Below, piece after piece: positions 1 through 11,007 of a stretch of DNA of 64,000 nucleotides (the stretch's first letter is position 1; each line of letters begins with the position of its first letter). The position numbers were made by a program, and so were the translations under genes. Origin of the DNA: Lama glama. Lineage: Eukaryota. The DNA is taken from contig CM052816.1 of assembly GCA_028534125.1 (NCBI GenBank), forward strand, positions 24,678,001 through 24,742,000. The letters are read 5' to 3'. The notes below the pieces were generated by a model that did no database searches, was not told where the DNA came from, and worked only from the letters and a program-made list of their open reading frames with translations.

Positions 1-149
1 TCCTTAGCTATTGACTTCAGGCTGTTGCAAAAGGTCATCTCAGTCACGTTTCCTCTCTTGACTAAAGCTTTTATATTCTGACACTGGGATCCATGTGTTT
101 TCCTCAGAACACTTGTTTGTTTAGATGCTCCTGAAACAATAATCAAAAA

Positions 150-470
150 GGAGAATTCTATGTAGCAGTGACATTGATCAACCCGTTGTCACAAGCGAAA
201 ACAAAGACCAATCTCACCAATATCATTTGGAGCGAAAGAAACCAGACATAAAAGAGTACCCACTGTTTGAGTCTCTTTATGTAAAATTTGAAAACAGGCA
301 AAGCTCACCTGGTTAGTTTGACCAGAATAGCGGTTACATAGTGGGGCTTTTGGGGTCCTGCTTATGATCTGGGTTCTGGTTACATTGGTGGGCTTGCTTT
401 GTGAAAATTTATTGAGCCATGCACTAATGATTTTTGCACTTTGCTATTTCTTTGTTACAGTTCTTTAAAA
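150..470 (+). mobile_element. Old LINE-1 (L1ME-type) 3' end fragment
   Basis: Matches recalled L1ME 3' UTR motifs: aatctcaccaatatcatttggagcgaaagaaaccagacataaaagagtac ... gatctgggttctggttacat ... gtgaaaatttattgagc. Boundaries approximate. Confidence 0.7.
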
Positions 471-1419
471 AGTAGGATAATAAAGGAAAAAGGGTTCTCA
501 TTGCCTCCTAAGGGAAATCTGAGATTGGGGATCTCTAGTGGTTTGTCAAGAGAATTGTTAAATTGGCAACATTTATTTTTTCAGACCTGCTTTATTGCAG
601 TGTTGCATTTGATTTTTACTGGGTTTTGGTCTCCATATAAACCACACTTAGGAGGTCAAACATCCAATAAATCAGTGGCAACAGAAAGAATGAAAACAAT
701 ACAAGGCAAAACAAAATACATGATTAGTATTGCAGTGCTGTAGGACTGTATTTTATTGAAAAAAGACTCTCCATGCTCCACTAAGCCCAGAAATCCTGGG
801 AGGAAACTGAAAACTAAACATTGATGTCACTGAAGCCAATGTTATCTAGACAATGTCTCCTTTTTTTTCCCCTCCTGAAAAGAACGTCTAAAACTATGCC
901 ATTTGATATTTTTTTGGTTGACTCTGTTCAGCAGAAAGTTAAGTATTTTTTCTTGAAACAGGAGGGAAAAAGGAAGTCATAGAGGCTGGTAAAGCTAATG
1001 AAATATTTCATTTTTGCCAAAATGTATATTTAACTGTTATTTATATGTTGTGGTCAGACTTCTTTTATTTTCTAGAATAGTACTGACAGCTCCCATAGTT
1101 GGTGCTTCTTCTAGGAGGTTTGTAGATTGTAATAGAATATTGGATATAATGCCTAATTATTTTTCCTTCCTACCATTGGGAAGAGTTGAAATAGTATCAC
1201 AGACACTATCCTTAAAACTCTACCCCTGTGTATCTAGGGTATTTAAGTTGGAAATTAGAGGATGAAGAATAGATGAGCAGTTTCAATTGTTGCTGTTGTA
1301 TCAGGGGTACAGCTATGCTGAGTGGAAATACAGTTCATCCTTGGGATCCAGAATTTCAGCCAAACTGAATGCTTTATCTCATCTTGTTGTAAGCCTGATC
1401 CACAGGTTGAGGGACTGAA

Positions 1420-2020
1420 TTTATCTCAACAAACTTTTATTCAGTGGCACTTACTGTATGAAACATTAAAGATAAAGCCAGAATTGTGGGAGAGATAAAC
1501 ATGTACATAAAAAAGTTATAACACATTATAAGTGCCATTGTATAGAAATTTAGAAATGGCTTCATCCACACAGAAAATAAGCAATGAGCTCTCATGGAGG
1601 CATGGAAGACTGTGGAGGGAGGATCTTAAGAGGAGTGGGAATTTACCAGGTAGACAAGGTGGGGAAGGACATTATAGGTAGTAGGGAAAGTGCAGAGGCT
1701 TGAATTTCCATAGGGTGAGCAGGAAATTGTGAGAAGTCTGTTATGTTAGGGGCTGGGGGAAATGGGGGTTTGGGAATGGAGCAGGAAACCAAGTAGAGCC
1801 AGGTTTTGGGAGAGTCTTGGATGCCCTGGGAAGGAGTTTGACTTTTACTCAAAGAGCAGTAGGACTGTGGAAAGGGGAGTAGCATGATCCTCCCTTTGTT
1901 TTACGAAGGTAAGGTCAGCAATGGCATGGATAGATAGTGGGGTGGGTTCCAGAGGGGAAATCAGAGGAGGAAGCCAGTTAGAAACTGTTGGAATAATCAA
2001 CACTCTGAGCTGGACTAAAG
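1420..2020 (-). mobile_element. LINE-2 fragment
   Basis: Starts caacaaacttttattcagtggcacttactgt (reverse complement of the L2 3' end), then a purine-rich L2-like body (ggagtttgacttttactc, gaggaagccagttagaaactgttg). Confidence 0.7.
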
Positions 2021-2124
2021 AAGCAACCTCTCAGAAGGCAGAATTTATCCTTGATTTTTACAGTTATTGCACACAGATGATGGAATATTATAAAAGCATG
2101 AAAAAACAATATTGATCTATCTTA

Positions 2125-2179
2125 TTTATTTATTTAGGGAGTAATTGGGTTTATTTATTTTAATGGAGGTACCAGGGTA
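2125..2179 (-). mobile_element. 5'-truncated camelid-type tRNA-SINE (tail only) with 12-bp TSD
   Basis: tgatctatctta at 2113-2124 and 2180-2191. The interior gggagtaattgggtttatttattttaatggaggtaccaggg matches the tail region of the SINE at 17706-17898. Confidence 0.8.
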
Positions 2180-5100
2180 TGATCTATCTTAATAATATAG
2201 AAAGATGTCCAAAAGATATTGTTAAATAAAAAAGTTTACAAAATTATGAGCAATAAGATTCTGAACTTCTTTATCTGTCTATCCATCCCTCTACATAAAA
2301 ATGACTGAGAGAATGTATAGTAGTATACTAAAATGTTAACAATACTGTTTACTTGCTAGGAGTCTTTCAGGTAATTTGGGAAAAGCCAATTCAGATGCCC
2401 TGTTAAGTATATAGTATGTAGAAGCTTAGAAAAATGTTCTTTTTTTATTGAAGCTTAGGGAATGGTCTGGCATTTCAAGATGAGAGGGGGATATGCAGAG
2501 CCAAGAGGAGTATAAAGAAGGGGCAAAAGATAACAAACAGAAATAGAAAATAAAAATATGAGAACAGAGTGTAGAAATGGGGACTGAGAAGAGAGAAGGC
2601 AAGGGAACAATTTTTTTAAAGCCTGTGTTAAAGTTTATCTCTGAATGTGTTTCAAGTTATTTCTTATTGTCAAGAGTCCAGGATGTGGCTCTATGAAGAT
2701 ATGATGGTGGTTTGAATGGTCTCTTACGGACCCTTCCAGCTGTAGGGTTCCTTGTATCATCTGATTCCAGTGTACCAAAGTATGAAGGGAGCTAACAGCC
2801 TTTTATTATTTCTTATATTATTTTAAGTATTCTTCCCTGCATTTTTCACCAAACGAAACTGGCCACAGATGCAAGACTGAATTGATGCTTTTGGATAATA
2901 TAATTTACACACAATTGTGTGGGATCAAATCAGTTTTAGGAATTTAGGATAAAACCTCATAAAAGAGTTGGGATTTGAAGAGATAGCCAAGGAAAATAGG
3001 AAGAGTTTAAAACTGAAAGAGGAGAAAAGGGAAAGAATCATTCAGGTTAATTTGCAGGAAGATAAGTGCATTTATGACGAAAGAAGTCAATAGTCATGGC
3101 GCCATTTGTTATTTCACTGTTACAAGAAAATGAGTTTCAAAGGAAGAGGGACCAATATTAAGCCAATCAGCAAAGTCCGTTTTGGGTTTGTGGTATGCTC
3201 TTAAGAGGAATCACCTTTAGAAAGTACTCATCCTCCTGGGTTTTAGGACAATCCAAGTTTACCTCGTTTTCTTCTTTAGACTCCAGGCATTGGTTGCTCT
3301 CTTTACATGTTGATTTCCACCACTCATTCTTTTACCAGTGCTTCTCTCTGGTTATTTAACTTCTCTTTGCTTCTGTTCCTTCATTTTTAAGCAGGAATAC
3401 AGTTAGCCTAGATTGTTAATTTAAAAAAAAAATCATGGACCCCTTTAAGCAGATAAACTTAGGGTGTCTCTGGTTGAAGTTGGGGTGGAAAGGCAGCATT
3501 CTCTCTGGCTCCTCTTACTCCCCCAGTGCTCCCTACAGGGGCTCATGGAGCCAGGACTGACAACCACTGGACCTAAATCTGTGCTTCCCAGAGTCAGGAG
3601 AGATTTCAATGGCCTGGAGATTCTTAAGGACAATGAAGACCCCAATAAGATGATATTTTGCTTCTCACATAACATTTTCAATTCTTTAGAGAAGAATTTA
3701 TATTACCGTGGTCATCTAATGATTGGGCCCTCAGGATCAGTTCTTGTATTAGAGAAAATGAGATGTAGCTATCAGAATCAGGACAAGTGTTTCCTTATCG
3801 GTCACTGTCTTGCTGAATGGCCTTTTGAAAATTGCTCCAGATCGCCATACTTCATTCCCCCCTCCCTTTTCCATAAAGGTGGGGTGAAGACCTCTGACTG
3901 GGATGTGCACCACTTTGAGGTTGGGAGAAAAGAAGGAACTGGTATCTGTCTTTCAAAGCAGTGTCTTTCTACCTGATTGAGTGGAGGAGATTTGAACTCT
4001 TCTGGACCTTGATGTCTCTGAGTATCTCTTTTCTGGTAGAAAACTCTTAGCCACTTTTCTGAGGGCTTGAGTAAAGAGAGTTGTTATTACATCTTTTGTG
4101 GAAAGCTTTTGGTCTTCCTCTCTGAACGTAATGAATGAAAGGAGTGTAGAAGTATCCTCCTCTAAGGGAAGAAAAATCATCTCATTGTTCTGTTGCTGTG
4201 TCAGAGATGCAAGTCATTTCCAATGGATGGCCCTTCCTTGACCCTCCAAGGCTGCTGGATAGCACAGACTGCAGAGAGCGTGGAGGAACACTTTAACGGA
4301 TTGATTCAAGGCAGCAGAAACCTCTTAAGTCTACAACCTAAGTGACCTTTCTTGGGGTTCACTCAAAAGCTGTATCTGGGACTTCTACTTTATGGCTTCT
4401 GAAGTAATATATCTTCATTGGGGCTTAGAAGTAAATATATATTTTTTTAAGTTCTAAGAAGGAAGCAATTTGTCTTGAACACAGTGGATTTGATCTTTAG
4501 AGAGAGGTGAACAGCTAACTTTTTTTCAGCAAAAGCTAAGGATGATGAATGAAATGCCTGGCGATAAGAAGCCCTCTTCATAGCAGAGAGGGTTATCTTT
4601 GGAAGGATTTTAAATCAACACACACATAGTTACCAGGCTAAGAAGGCTTTGTGTGGCTCTGATCAGTGACTTTTTCATAGGAGGTTTCAGAAGACAAAAA
4701 CCCTAACATTGTATCCTGCAGACCTGAAAGAGTCAGTATCCAGATTATTAAAGGAATATATCTTGCAAATTATAATTCCTTAGGGTCTTTGTCAAAAGGG
4801 TAAGTCCTCCTCATCATTTTACACTCCATATAAAATACACATTGATTGCTCTCTGGAGGTGTGCTAAGTAAGGGCATGGACAATAATTGACTTTTCCTTT
4901 ATAGGGGTCTTTTTATATTTAGACACTCCTGGTGTATAATGGCATTGCCATCTAATGAGAGTGGGAGTTGGGGGCAAGATTTCTTAAGGTAAAGTTTTAC
5001 TTACCTGCAGAAATAGAAGTTTGGTTGGTGTACTAATATGGAATTCGAGTGATACTACTATTTTGATTAATTACAAAGGTTTATGTTTTTGTAATTAATT

Positions 5101-5289
5101 TTTGTTTCTGTACAGTTCTACTGATGTAGCTATTAGTCATTTGGTGCCAGTCTTTGTACAAACACAGTCCTCTATGGACCCCCAAATGCAAGAAAACTAT
5201 ACAGGTGTGTAGCACTTCTGTAGAGTAGTGTGAGAAAACATGGTTCACTTTAGCATGGTCTGATTTATAACCTGATTTCACAGAAATGT

Positions 5290-5530
5290 TAAAAATGGCC
5301 TATATTTGTGCCACACACTTTTCCATGTGTTTGCTACACATTATGTCATTTAAGCCCTTAAACAACTCTCTGTGACAGGTACTATTAGTCCCTCATTCTC
5401 CAGAAGAGAAAACTAAGGCAGGGAGAGCGCAAGTGATTTGCTCAAGATTGCCCTGCTAGTAAGAGGCAGCGCTGGTGCTCAAATCCAGCCCTTGTGATTC
5501 ACAGCCCACACTCTGGATGGTACACTCTGC
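5290..5530 (-). mobile_element. MIR SINE
   Basis: MIR core: aacaactctctgtgacaggtactattagtccctcattctccagaagagaaaactaaggc...gtgatttgctcaagatt. Confidence 0.75.
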
Positions 5531-7199
5531 TCCTGCCATTGTCACCAGGGAAACACAGGATGGCCTGCGTTTATTAAACACCTACTGCAGTGTAGATTGA
5601 CAGGAGAACACAGACACAAAAATGTCCTATAAAGATCAGTGTTGACCTTGGGATAATATATCCATTTGGGAAGGTGGTGTGCGTACCAGTATGTCTTAAA
5701 GCCAGATAAGTACATGCTAAGCCTAAGTTAATTATACTCCAGTATATGTAATTTAGAATCATTAAAATGTAAAAAATTGGAAGATTAAGAGAGTTGAATA
5801 AAGATGAGCTATAACTAGCTTTTTGGTAGAAAGAGACCTAGGAAAAATACTTGGGTAAGAAAATGGTAGATACTAGTTGTAGAATCTATAGAATGATTTT
5901 TTTTTTTTTTTACATCTAGGGGAGAGATTCTCTCACTCATCAAATTCATCAGACTTGGATAGACCACTTGAAGTTTGTTTTGAGAAAACAACCATTGGCA
6001 TGAGGTTGGTGAACTTCTGTAAACTTTGTCTCACTTTGTTAGGTTCTCCAGGGGGTGTGGATCCTCTCAGCCCTTGAGGCAGTTGGGTGCAGCCTGGGGA
6101 ATACCTTCAAGGATGATGACACAAGAACCATGGAGCACACCTCTCAGGATCTTGGCTTTTTGTAAATGCCCCAAAACTTAGACTGAACCAATGAAAAGGA
6201 AGGAGTTCCAAATTAATGAAAATTAATTATTTTTTTTTTTACCAGCTTAGCAAAATGGGAGCTCAAAATATAAGTCAAATTACTATAGCCTTAACATTGA
6301 CACTGAGTTTTTGGTCCCACCTAATGTCACAAGGGATAATCTTTAAGCATACACATGAGAAATTCTTGATTTAAAAAAACATTACAGTTCGACTGCACAT
6401 ACATTGATTTATTATTATTATTATGTTTTTAAAAAGAATGTCATTGATGGGTTTGTGCATTGTCTCTGCAGAGATCCATGCTGTGGAGATGAAATCTTAG
6501 AGCATTTTAGCTCAGGGTGAAAAGGCAGACAAGCCTAGAAACATGGATTATAGGAGAAAAATCAATTGAGGCCCACAAATCTAAGCGACCTATTCTGAGA
6601 TTTTAATATGTCTCTGAGTTAAAAGTGCTCAGAATTAAAAGGAACAGATTCAAATGTTCTTACGTGACTCAAAGCCCCCTTTTAAAAAGCACTCTTGACA
6701 GAAAAGCTGGAGTCTGCTATTAATCTTCTTTAACCGGAAAAGGGCTGAGTTTTCTCCTCCACACGTGACAGTTCTCTCTGGACTAGGGCAAGGATGTGCT
6801 TGCCAAAATCAAAATTTTCTTTGCCCCAGGCTGAGACTTTGGAAGCCACTTTTTATAAAGCTCTAGAAACTCAGATTTATTTCCTTATCAGCTTTACATA
6901 GAGAGTTTACGTATCAAGACCCACTTCAGTAGGAGAAAATGAGGGGTAGGGTGAGTGTCCATAACACCTCACCTGTTTACCTGTAGCATCTCTGGTCCCT
7001 GGCATGCTGTGGCTCATGGAATTTCTCCTCCTGGGGTGGGCCTCTGCCTTGAAGCCTGGCCATGCTGGGATAGGTGTTGCCTTGGTTTTAATCTCCTTGT
7101 TGATGCTCATGCTTGACAGGTGCCTCCCTCTCTTGCTTTTCCAAATTTCCCGTCTCTTTTGGTCACTGACCTTAATGAGCAAGGATCCTCAGACTGAAC

Positions 7200-7830
7200 T
7201 TACATTTAGAACGTGCTTATTAACTTTTCTTTATTATACAAACAATGTGTATTTATTGTAGAAAAATGCGGGTGAGAAAAAAATAAGAAACAAAGGAAAA
7301 AGGGACAAAATATAAAACCAACCATAATTCTATACTCTGGAGGCACAGCTATTAGCCATTTTGTGTGTATCATTCCAGGATATGTTATCAAAATTGAATC
7401 ATACAGCATAGACTCTTTTTAGGTATGTATGCATGTATGTATTTATTTATTTATTGAAGTACAGTTGATTTCAGCATAGACTATTTTAGAATCTACTTTT
7501 CCTATTTAATATATTGAACACATTTAAATAATATCCTTAATCTTTATCAAACCAATACCTAAGGTGAAATATTATTTTGTGTAATGGATGTACCTTGGTT
7601 GGTTTAACATTTTCTACAGACTAAGACAGTTTATGTCTAATGACCACCCTGTTGGCTACATCACCTGCAGATTCATAGTAATTTCCTTAGGATACATTCC
7701 TAGAAGTAAGATTGCCATTTCTAAAAGTAATTCTGCAGGCATGTGCAGAATTTGAAGTTTCTTAGTAGATTGCCAAACAGCCCTGTGGAATGTGTGGCCC
7801 CGTTTATTTACCCTCCAACAACACCCAAGA
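7200..7830 (-). mobile_element. Old L1 (L1ME-type) fragment, interrupted at 7420-7471
   Basis: atttccttaggatacattcctagaagtaagattgcc ... gattgccaaacagccctg ... ccctccaacaac resembles antisense L1M 3' sequence. Confidence 0.6.
7420..7471 (-). mobile_element. Ultra-short L1 3' tip (21 nt) plus decayed A-tail, with TSD
   Basis: Reverse complement of 7451-7471 is aaatcaactgtacttcaataa, 19/21 identical to the L1 terminus at 25673-25693. Flanked by cagcatagactctttt (7404-7419) and cagcatagactatttt (7472-7487). Confidence 0.75.
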
Positions 7831-8496
7831 GCTTGGCACTCTGCCTTGACTTCTAACTTGCTTTCCTGAATGTGATTTTCTGCTGTGGCTCTTAGATACA
7901 TGACAGCCCCCCCACAGGCCTTGTGTGGAAAAAACAGAACAATGCAAAATAAAATGCCAAGCAAACAACAAACAAACCTGCTAGGAAGTGTGTATTTAGG
8001 TTAAAGAGAGAGACTACTATCAGTCTGTGTTCTTGCATTGTCCTGTGTGCACAACACAACTCTCACTGGCCACAGAGGTCCAAAGTACCAAAAGTTCTTC
8101 ACACCAAGGCCAATGGTGTGTCCTTGATCCCCTGGTCCTCTCAAAATATGTGCTCTGTGCTTTAGGGCTCATCAGCTTTTTTTGGTGCGTGTGTTGATAG
8201 AGTCTTTGTAACTTCCTTCAGGTTTTCTAAGGGTCTTTAAGACTGGCAGTTATCCCTAAGGAACTGAATGATTTAATATATTAACTACTTGTCTCATGAA
8301 ATGAAAAGTGAATAAATGAAGAAAAGAAAGAGATGTATATATATTTCTTTACAATTAAAATATTGATAATTTGTATCAGCACTGAGAGTTGACTTTCTTA
8401 TTTTTGAACTCATAATTGCTGGAATCAGGGATATAAATGGCTATTCTAAAATTGCCAGGAATTTGCTTCTATGCCTCCTCTGAGAATGAAGATGAT

Positions 8497-8588
8497 GGGG
8501 GAGGGTATAGTTCAGTGGTAGAACACTTGCTTAGCATGCACGAGGTCCTGGATTCAATCTTCAGTACCTCTATTAAAAGAAAAAAAGA
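8497..8588 (+). mobile_element. Camelid Vic-1-like tRNA-derived SINE (short form)
   Basis: ggggagggtatagttcagtggtagaacacttgcttagcatgcacgaggtcctggattcaatcttcagtacctc followed by an A-rich tail. Pol III A/B box-like motifs present. Imperfect TSD agaatgaagatg / agaatggaggtg. Confidence 0.85.
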
Positions 8589-9292
8589 AGAATGGAGGTG
8601 CAGGAGACCCCTCCATTTTGAGAGGGGTCACTTTGGCAGTGAGCCCTCAGGGTCAAACAGCCCAAGTCAACACCTACTTCTGGCCTTGGTCCTGGCTTCA
8701 GCCAGTTGTAATTGTGTAAGGGGAGGGCCAGGAAGCATAAAATATATTTTATTGTGATAAATTACTTATTTTGTTTGAATTGCAAGGAGAAGGCAATTTC
8801 TTGTGGCAGAATGCAAAGTTGAGAATGAGTGGATGAAAAGGGGAGGGGATGGGAGAAGACTGATTCTCAGTTGGCTGGGGAGAGTTACAGTTGAGATCTG
8901 AATTTAGGTTTTGTTTCCAGAGTGCATGGGACTGTAATTCCTGGATTTTAAAAGAGATTCTTTGCTTTGTATCTTGGCAGTCTCCTGAGCTACTGTGCAG
9001 TACTTCTGGGGATTTCAGAACATGAATGTTAACTATCCAGGATTTCTCTTCCAAAATGCAACATTCATCACTCCCAGGAGCTTGTAACACAAATAGATTA
9101 ATAATAAGCAAGGACATTTCTTTGAAAAAATCTGTTTAAAGAATTGTTACGCAATTTTATACCATTTAACTCCAAAGGTATTGGTAACTGAACATTCCAA
9201 AAATGTAAGGCTTCTTTCAATGGCTTGAATGACTAAGCCACAATAGCAATAAATTTAAAATAATAATAGTAATTGATTAAAATAAATTCTAA

Positions 9293-9409
9293 GGGGGGAG
9301 GGTATAGCTCAGTGGTAGAATGCCTGCTTAGCATGTATGGAGTTCTGGGTTCAATCCCCAGTACTGCCCCTCAAAAAAGTAAATAAATAAACCTAGTTAC
9401 CCACCCCTA
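9293..9409 (+). mobile_element. Camelid Vic-1-like tRNA-derived SINE
   Basis: A box tagctcagtgg, B box ggttcaatccc, tail aaataaataaacctagttacc. Perfect 14-bp TSD aaaataaattctaa at 9279-9292 and 9410-9423. Confidence 0.9.
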
Positions 9410-9533
9410 AAAATAAATTCTAAAGAAATTTATGAGCTAAGACATCAAAAAGGCATGTAGATTGATTTGAATGTACCAAGACAATCTTTATATGCACCTC
9501 AATTTCAAGATCTGATCATCTTTAATGATGTAA

Positions 9534-9568
9534 TGCTGCCACCTGGTGTTTATGCTCTTTTACTGCAG
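9534..9568 (-). promoter_or_regulatory. Candidate CTCF site with upstream (ZF9-11) motif
   Basis: Minus strand reads cTGCAGTaaaagagcataa-aCACCAGGTGGCAGCA: 13/14 to core CCASYAGRKGGCRS, with TGCAG starting 18 nt before the core. Confidence 0.6.
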
Positions 9569-10039
9569 TAAGATTTGTGGCATTGAGAAATAAGTACTGC
9601 TTCAGTGCAAGGTTAAATTTTCTATATAGTAATTACTTGCAATTTTATCTGAGGATGAGTTCAATGTATTTCACATAAAACACAAATCTCAATGATTGAC
9701 GAATCCTTGAATTCCCTTCATGGCATCACAATTGATGAGTGAGAGATGGGGTACCTGCCAGTTATCACTGGCACAAGGTAATACCTTTTCCCTCTATCCT
9801 GGTCATTAGAAACCAAGCCACTTCACCATCAGAACAGTGTCATGGCTTGATCCAGCGATCGGTATTTTAATGTAAACCATGTTTGGGATCCAGAGGGGGA
9901 GCTTGGAAATATACATTTAAACTGAGAATTATATGGGAGTGTGGAGAAGGTCAGAAAATTCTGAATTTAGGGTGGGGTGTTCACTTGTGGGGATGGGGTT
10001 TGAGTGCTCCAGGTTTTTAGCTATAATCTATCTGAAATC

Positions 10040-10375
10040 TCTACGTCATACCCTGCCCATGGTTGAGATTTGTTTGGAAAATCACAGAGATTTTCTTAAA
10101 AATTGCTTTTGACACCAAAAAAAAATAGGATTTTATTTATTTAGTTAGTTGATTAATTTAATTGATAAATCTAATTTATTTATTTATAACAATAAAAAAA
10201 TAAAAAAGGCTTTCTGAGGTCTTTTTGGAAATTAGAATCTCCAGATGATGGGCTGACATTCCCGGTTGTACGACTAGCTGGGCCATGTGTCAGTTGAGTT
10301 GCTCCTGGTCTCAGCAGGCAAGTTTTACTCACTGACCAGCCTGGACCCTGTAACTATTTGTATTTGTGATCCCTG
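10040..10375. mobile_element. MER102-like hAT-Charlie fossil with an AT-rich interruption (about 10115-10210)
   Basis: The end ...ccagcctggaccctgtaactatttgtatttgtgatccctg and gggctgacattccc resemble MER102. Confidence 0.5.
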
Positions 10376-10431
10376 TCCGACAGCTTCTCAGTGTTTGTTA
10401 GTGGGAGAAAAATAGAGATTAAGTCTTTAGT

Positions 10432-10650
10432 ATTGGAAAAGGGACCTGAAAACATCTAGTCTAGCCCCTTTCTTTCCAAGAAATGAAAGAAGCTGGCTTG
10501 CCCAAGGTCACATGTCTATGGAGGGCCAGAGCGAGAGCTCAGGACTTCTGCAGCTTTGTGTATTTACCTGGGGATGGTTTTGATTTTGGGTGACCCGCTA
10601 CAAGTCATTTAGCTGCAAGGTGCCTTACTTGCCGTATTTACACAGTGGGT
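10432..10650. mobile_element. MIR/MIR3 fragments
   Basis: ggaaaagggacctgaaaacatctagtctagcccc...ggcttgcccaaggtcaca, then caagtcatttagc in the opposite orientation. Confidence 0.55.
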
Positions 10651-10799
10651 TCAGAGCTGCTTTTAATTTTCATAGAGAAATATTTAATTTAGCTTTTAAC
10701 ATCCTGCATTCCTAGCACACATGAGTGCGACAGGACATAACAGCCACATAGGTTCCAAATAAAAGAACAAGGAATTTCCTAGAGATTGTGTATCTGTTC

Positions 10800-11007
10800 C
10801 CTACTGTGTAATATGGTAGCTACTACCGACATTTGCTTACTTAGATTTATATTTAAATTAATTCAATTAAATACAGTTCAGTTTCTTAGTCTCACTAGTC
10901 ACAAGTGAAGTGGTCAATAGCCACATGCGGTCAGTGGCTACCGTATTGGACAGCCCAGATATAGAATATTTTTTTATCATTGTAGAAAGTTCTATCAGGC
11001 AGCATTG
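10800..11007 (-). mobile_element. MER3 (hAT-Charlie MITE)
   Basis: caatagccacatgcggtcagtggctaccgtattggacagcccagatatagaatatt...tcattgtagaaagttctat is the MER3 reverse complement. Confidence 0.85.

Noticed and set aside
3464..3976. Longest ORF (170 aa)
   Set aside because: Non-ATG start, no recognisable domain and no splice context. Compatible with a chance ORF.
8497..9370. tRNA-like sequences as true tRNA genes
   Set aside because: They have A-rich tails, TSDs and several diverged copies, so they are SINEs.
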